Made by a program: the position numbers and the translations under genes. A DNA stretch of 64,000 nt from Escherichia coli (GTDB taxonomy: Bacteria > Pseudomonadota > Gammaproteobacteria > Enterobacterales > Enterobacteriaceae): the NCBI RefSeq assembly GCF_024700885.2, contig NZ_CP117016.1; one strand, 5' to 3'. The notes under the pieces are model-generated. The model saw only the letters and a program-made list of their open reading frames with translations, was not told the origin of the DNA and ran no database searches. Below are positions 59,527 to 64,000 of the stretch, piece after piece (the first letter of the stretch is position 1; every line of letters starts with the position of its first letter).

Positions 59527-62283
59527 ATGACCAACTACAGCCTGCGCGCACGCATGATGATTCTGATCCTGGCACCGACCGTCCTTATTGGTTTATTGCT
59601 GAGTATCTTTTTCGTTGTGCATCGCTATAACGACTTGCAGCGTCAACTGGAAGATGCCGGAGCCAGCATTATTGAGCCGCTTGCAGTTTCTACTGAATAT
59701 GGCATGAGCCTGCAAAATCGCGAATCTATCGGTCAGTTAATAAGCGTACTGCATCGTCGCCATTCCGATATTGTTCGCGCGATTTCGGTTTATGATGAAA
59801 ATAATCGACTCTTTGTCACCTCCAATTTTCATCTTGATCCCTCATCAATGCAGCTCGGCAGCAACGTGCCGTTTCCTCGCCAGCTCACTGTCACCCGTGA
59901 CGGCGATATTATGATCCTCCGCACGCCGATTATTTCTGAGAGTTACTCCCCCGACGAATCGCCCAGTAGCGATGCCAAAAATAGTCAAAATATGCTGGGA
60001 TATATTGCGCTGGAGCTGGATCTTAAATCGGTTCGCTTGCAGCAATATAAAGAGATCTTTATTTCCAGCGTGATGATGCTGTTTTGTATCGGTATTGCGC
60101 TTATTTTTGGCTGGCGCTTAATGCGCGATGTAACCGGTCCGATTCGCAATATGGTGAATACCGTCGACCGCATCCGTCGCGGGCAACTCGACAGCCGGGT
60201 GGAAGGATTTATGCTCGGCGAGCTGGATATGCTGAAAAACGGTATCAACTCGATGGCAATGTCGCTGGCTGCTTATCACGAAGAGATGCAGCACAATATC
60301 GACCAGGCGACGTCCGATCTGCGTGAAACGCTGGAGCAGATGGAAATTCAGAACGTTGAGTTGGATCTGGCGAAAAAGCGCGCCCAGGAAGCGGCGCGTA
60401 TTAAATCCGAGTTTCTTGCAAATATGTCACACGAGCTGCGTACACCACTGAATGGTGTTATTGGCTTTACCCGCCTGACGCTGAAAACAGAATTAACACC
60501 AACACAGCGCGATCACCTGAATACGATTGAACGTTCGGCAAATAATTTGCTGGCAATTATTAATGATGTTCTCGACTTCTCGAAACTGGAAGCAGGTAAG
60601 CTGATTCTGGAAAGTATTCCATTCCCACTACGCAGCACGCTGGATGAAGTCGTTACCCTGCTGGCACATTCTTCTCACGATAAAGGGTTGGAACTGACGC
60701 TCAATATTAAGAGCGACGTGCCCGATAACGTGATCGGCGACCCACTGCGATTACAGCAAATCATCACTAACCTGGTGGGGAATGCAATTAAATTCACCGA
60801 GAATGGCAACATTGATATTCTGGTAGAAAAACGTGCGCTGAGTAATACTAAAGTGCAGATTGAAGTGCAGATTCGGGATACCGGCATTGGTATTCCTGAA
60901 CGCGATCAATCGCGCTTATTCCAGGCCTTCCGACAGGCTGATGCCAGTATTTCCCGCCGTCATGGTGGCACCGGGCTGGGGCTGGTGATTACACAAAAAC
61001 TGGTTAATGAAATGGGCGGCGATATTTCGTTCCATAGCCAGCCGAATCGCGGTTCAACTTTCTGGTTCCACATTAATCTCGATCTGAACCCGAACATTAT
61101 TATCGAAGGGCCATCCACCCAGTGCCTAGCCGGCAAGCGCCTGGCCTATGTCGAACCAAACTCCGCAGCAGCGCAATGCACGCTGGATATTTTAAGTGAA
61201 ACGCCGCTGGAAGTGGTTTATAGCCCAACGTTCTCCGCGCTGCCTCCCGCGCATTACGACATGATGTTGTTAGGCATCGCGGTGACCTTCCGCGAGCCGT
61301 TAACAATGCAACATGAGCGATTAGCGAAAGCGGTATCGATGACCGATTTCCTGATGCTGGCACTTCCTTGCCATGCACAAGTCAATGCTGAAAAACTTAA
61401 GCAAGATGGTATCGGCGCGTGTCTGCTGAAACCATTAACACCTACGCGCCTGTTACCTGCCCTGACGGAATTTTGTCATCACAAACAAAACACGCTTTTG
61501 CCTGTAACCGATGAAAGTAAGCTGGCAATGACAGTCATGGCGGTTGATGACAACCCCGCTAACCTGAAACTTATCGGCGCATTGCTGGAAGATATGGTGC
61601 AACATGTGGAACTTTGCGATAGCGGGCATCAGGCGGTTGAACGGGCGAAACAGATGCCGTTCGATTTGATCTTAATGGATATTCAAATGCCGGACATGGA
61701 CGGCATTCGGGCCTGCGAACTCATCCACCAGCTCCCCCATCAGCAACAAACGCCAGTTATCGCGGTAACGGCGCATGCAATGGCCGGGCAAAAAGAGAAG
61801 CTGCTTGGCGCAGGGATGAGCGATTATCTGGCGAAACCGATTGAAGAAGAGCGATTGCATAATTTGTTGTTGCGCTACAAGCCTGGCAGCGGTATTTCCT
61901 CTCGCGTCGTGACGCCCGAAGTCAACGAAATTGTGGTGAACCCGAATGCGACCCTCGACTGGCAACTGGCACTACGCCAGGCAGCAGGAAAAACCGATTT
62001 AGCGCGCGATATGCTGCAAATGTTACTCGATTTCCTGCCTGAAGTTCGCAACAAAGTTGAGGAACAGCTGGTTGGAGAAAACCCGGAAGGCCTGGTTGAT
62101 TTGATTCATAAACTGCATGGCAGTTGCGGCTATAGCGGTGTGCCGCGTATGAAGAATCTCTGCCAACTGATCGAACAACAGCTACGTAGCGGTACTAAAG
62201 AAGAAGATTTGGAGCCGGAGCTGCTGGAACTGTTGGACGAGATGGATAATGTAGCGCGCGAAGCCAGCAAAATTCTCGGGTAA
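59527..62283 (+). CDS. barA: Hybrid sensor histidine kinase BarA
   Basis: 918 aa: TM, HAMP, HisKA ([12 protein letters not shown]), receiver (VDDN...DIQMPDMDG), HPt. Confidence 0.95.
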
Positions 62284-62345
62284 CGGACGTCTTGTCGAGT
62301 AGCAATCGGCTTTTTATGACGCTGGTTTCAGATTGGTGACAAAGT

Positions 62346-62391
62346 GCCTGTGTTTATTCCGGATGCGGCGTTAACGCCTTATCCGGCCTAC
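62346..62391. repeat. REP-like palindromic element downstream of barA
   Basis: GCCTGTGTTTATTCCGGATGCGGCGTTAACGCCTTATCCGGCCTAC. Confidence 0.45.
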
Positions 62392-62513
62392 AAAACCAAT
62401 TAAATTCAATGAATTAAAAAGTATGTTGGCCTGATACGTAGCGCAACAGGCAATTTTGCGTTTGGCATCAGTCTCAAACCGGCTCCTGACAGAGCCGGTT
62501 TTGGTTTTCTGTC

Positions 62514-63854
62514 TTAACGCACCATGCACGGACGCTTGTTATCGAACGTCCAGCCAGGAATCAGATACTGCATTCCCATTGCATCGTCACGCGCGCCAAG
62601 CCCGTGTTTCTGATACAGCTCGTGGGCTTTCATCACCTGATCCATATCGATTTCTACGCCCAATCCTGGTTTTTGCGGCACCTGTACCAGCCCGCCTTTG
62701 ATCTCAAACGGTTCTTTGGTCAGACGCTGATTGCCTTCCTGCCAGATCCAGTGCGTATCAATAGCAGTAATTTTACCCGGTGCAGCAGCGGCTACATGGG
62801 TAAACATCGCCAGGGAAATATCGAAGTGGTTGTTAGAGTGTGAACCCCAGGTCAGGCCAAATTCATGGCACATTTGCGCCACACGTACCGAACCTTGCAT
62901 CGTCCAGAAATGCGGATCCGCCAGCGGGATATCAACGGATTGTAACGAGAGCGTATGGCCCATCTGCCGCCAGTCGGTGGCGATCATATTGGTTGCAGTC
63001 GGCAGACCTGTCGCGCGGCGGAACTCTGCCATCACTTCACGCCCGGAAAAACCTTGCTCCGCACCACACGGATCTTCTGCATAAGCCAGCGAACCTTTCA
63101 GGTATTTACCGATTTTAATCGCTTCGTTCAGCGACCAGGCACCGTTAGGATCGAGGGTAATACGCGCCTGCGGGAAGCGTTGCGCCAGTGCCACAATAGA
63201 TTCTGCTTCTTCTTCCCCGGCCAGTACACCGCCCTTCAGTTTGAAATCGTTGAAGCCATATTTTTCATATGCCGCTTCCGCCAGGCGCACCACCGCATCC
63301 GGCGTCATCGCTTCTTCGTGACGCAGGCGATACCAGTCACATGAGTCATCCGGCTGGCTTTGATACGGCAGCGGTGTGGCTTTGCGATTACCGACGAAGA
63401 ACAGATAACCGAGCATTTCGACTTCGCTACGCTGTTGACCATCGCCCAGCAGCGATGCCACGTTAACCCCCAGATGCTGCCCCAGCAGATCCAGCATTGC
63501 CGCTTCTATCCCGGTAACCACATGAATAGTGGTCCGCAGGTCAAATGTCTGCAAACCGCGCCCGCCGGCATCACGATCGGCAAATGTATTACGCACCAGC
63601 GTCAGAACGTTTTTGTATTCACCCAGCGTTTTACCCACCACTAGCGGAATCGCATCTTCCAGCGTTTTACGGATTTTCTCGCCGCCGGGAATTTCCCCTA
63701 CGCCGGTGTGACCAGAATTATCTTTGATAATCACAATATTACGCGTGAAGAACGGTGCGTGTGCACCACTCAGATTCATCAGCATACTGTCATGGCCCGC
63801 CACCGGGATGACCTGCATTTCAGTAACAACAGGCGTCGTAAATTGAGAACTCAT
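62514..63854 (-). CDS. gudD: Glucarate dehydratase
   Basis: Trimmed to [15 protein letters not shown]... (446 aa). Confidence 0.9.
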   Translation of the reverse strand: MSSQFTTPVVTEMQVIPVAGHDSMLMNLSGAHAPFFTRNIVIIKDNSGHTGVGEIPGGEKIRKTLEDAIPLVVGKTLGEYKNVLTLVRNTFADRDAGGRGLQTFDLRTTIHVVTGIEAAMLDLLGQHLGVNVASLLGDGQQRSEVEMLGYLFFVGNRKATPLPYQSQPDDSCDWYRLRHEEAMTPDAVVRLAEAAYEKYGFNDFKLKGGVLAGEEEAESIVALAQRFPQARITLDPNGAWSLNEAIKIGKYLKGSLAYAEDPCGAEQGFSGREVMAEFRRATGLPTATNMIATDWRQMGHTLSLQSVDIPLADPHFWTMQGSVRVAQMCHEFGLTWGSHSNNHFDISLAMFTHVAAAAPGKITAIDTHWIWQEGNQRLTKEPFEIKGGLVQVPQKPGLGVEIDMDQVMKAHELYQKHGLGARDDAMGMQYLIPGWTFDNKRPCMVR

Positions 63855-63874
63855 ATTTATGTCCTTTTTCAAAA

Positions 63875-64000
63875 TCAATGACGGCCGAAAACGGGACGTT
63901 TACGGTCAAAGGTCCAGCCGGGGATCAGGTACTGCATCGGGCCCGCGTCGTTACGCGCACCGCCAGGCAGACGTTTATAGGCCTCATGCGCCTTTTGTAC
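63875..64000 (-). CDS. gudX: Glucarate dehydratase-related protein, 3-prime end only (runs off window)
   Basis: Minus-strand reading ends ...[20 protein letters not shown], a paralogous C-terminus to gudD. Confidence 0.75.
   Translation of the reverse strand, partial: VQKAHEAYKRLPGGARNDAGPMQYLIPGWTFDRKRPVFGRH

Overview
Escherichia coli-like chromosomal segment, syntenic with the K-12 region mutS - rpoS - cysDNC - iap - cysHIJ - ygc cluster - eno - pyrG - mazEF - relA - barA - gudD. Gene names come from recognising the translated ORFs against remembered E. coli proteins; no database search was run. Three accessory differences stand out. (1) An AT-rich integrated island occupies 1..~8,760 and continues past the left edge. 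It abuts a modified mutS 5-prime end and carries two tyrosine recombinases, a small tRNA cluster, and a tightly coupled operon: HTH protein, OLD-family ATPase/TOPRIM nuclease, UvrD-like helicase. This is a Gabija-like anti-phage module with an extra upstream gene, and is the best candidate for an undescribed variant system. (2) The mutS-rpoS variable segment holds ygbI-ygbN plus a UbiX/UbiD/small-subunit decarboxylase cluster with a MarR regulator. (3) The iap-cysH interval has no type I-E cas operon and instead holds an intact hok-family toxin ORF, while a short orphan I-E-type CRISPR array (5 repeats, 4 spacers) remains between ygcE and queE. Many ORF-track entries are antisense shadow ORFs or N-terminally over-extended and were trimmed or rejected.
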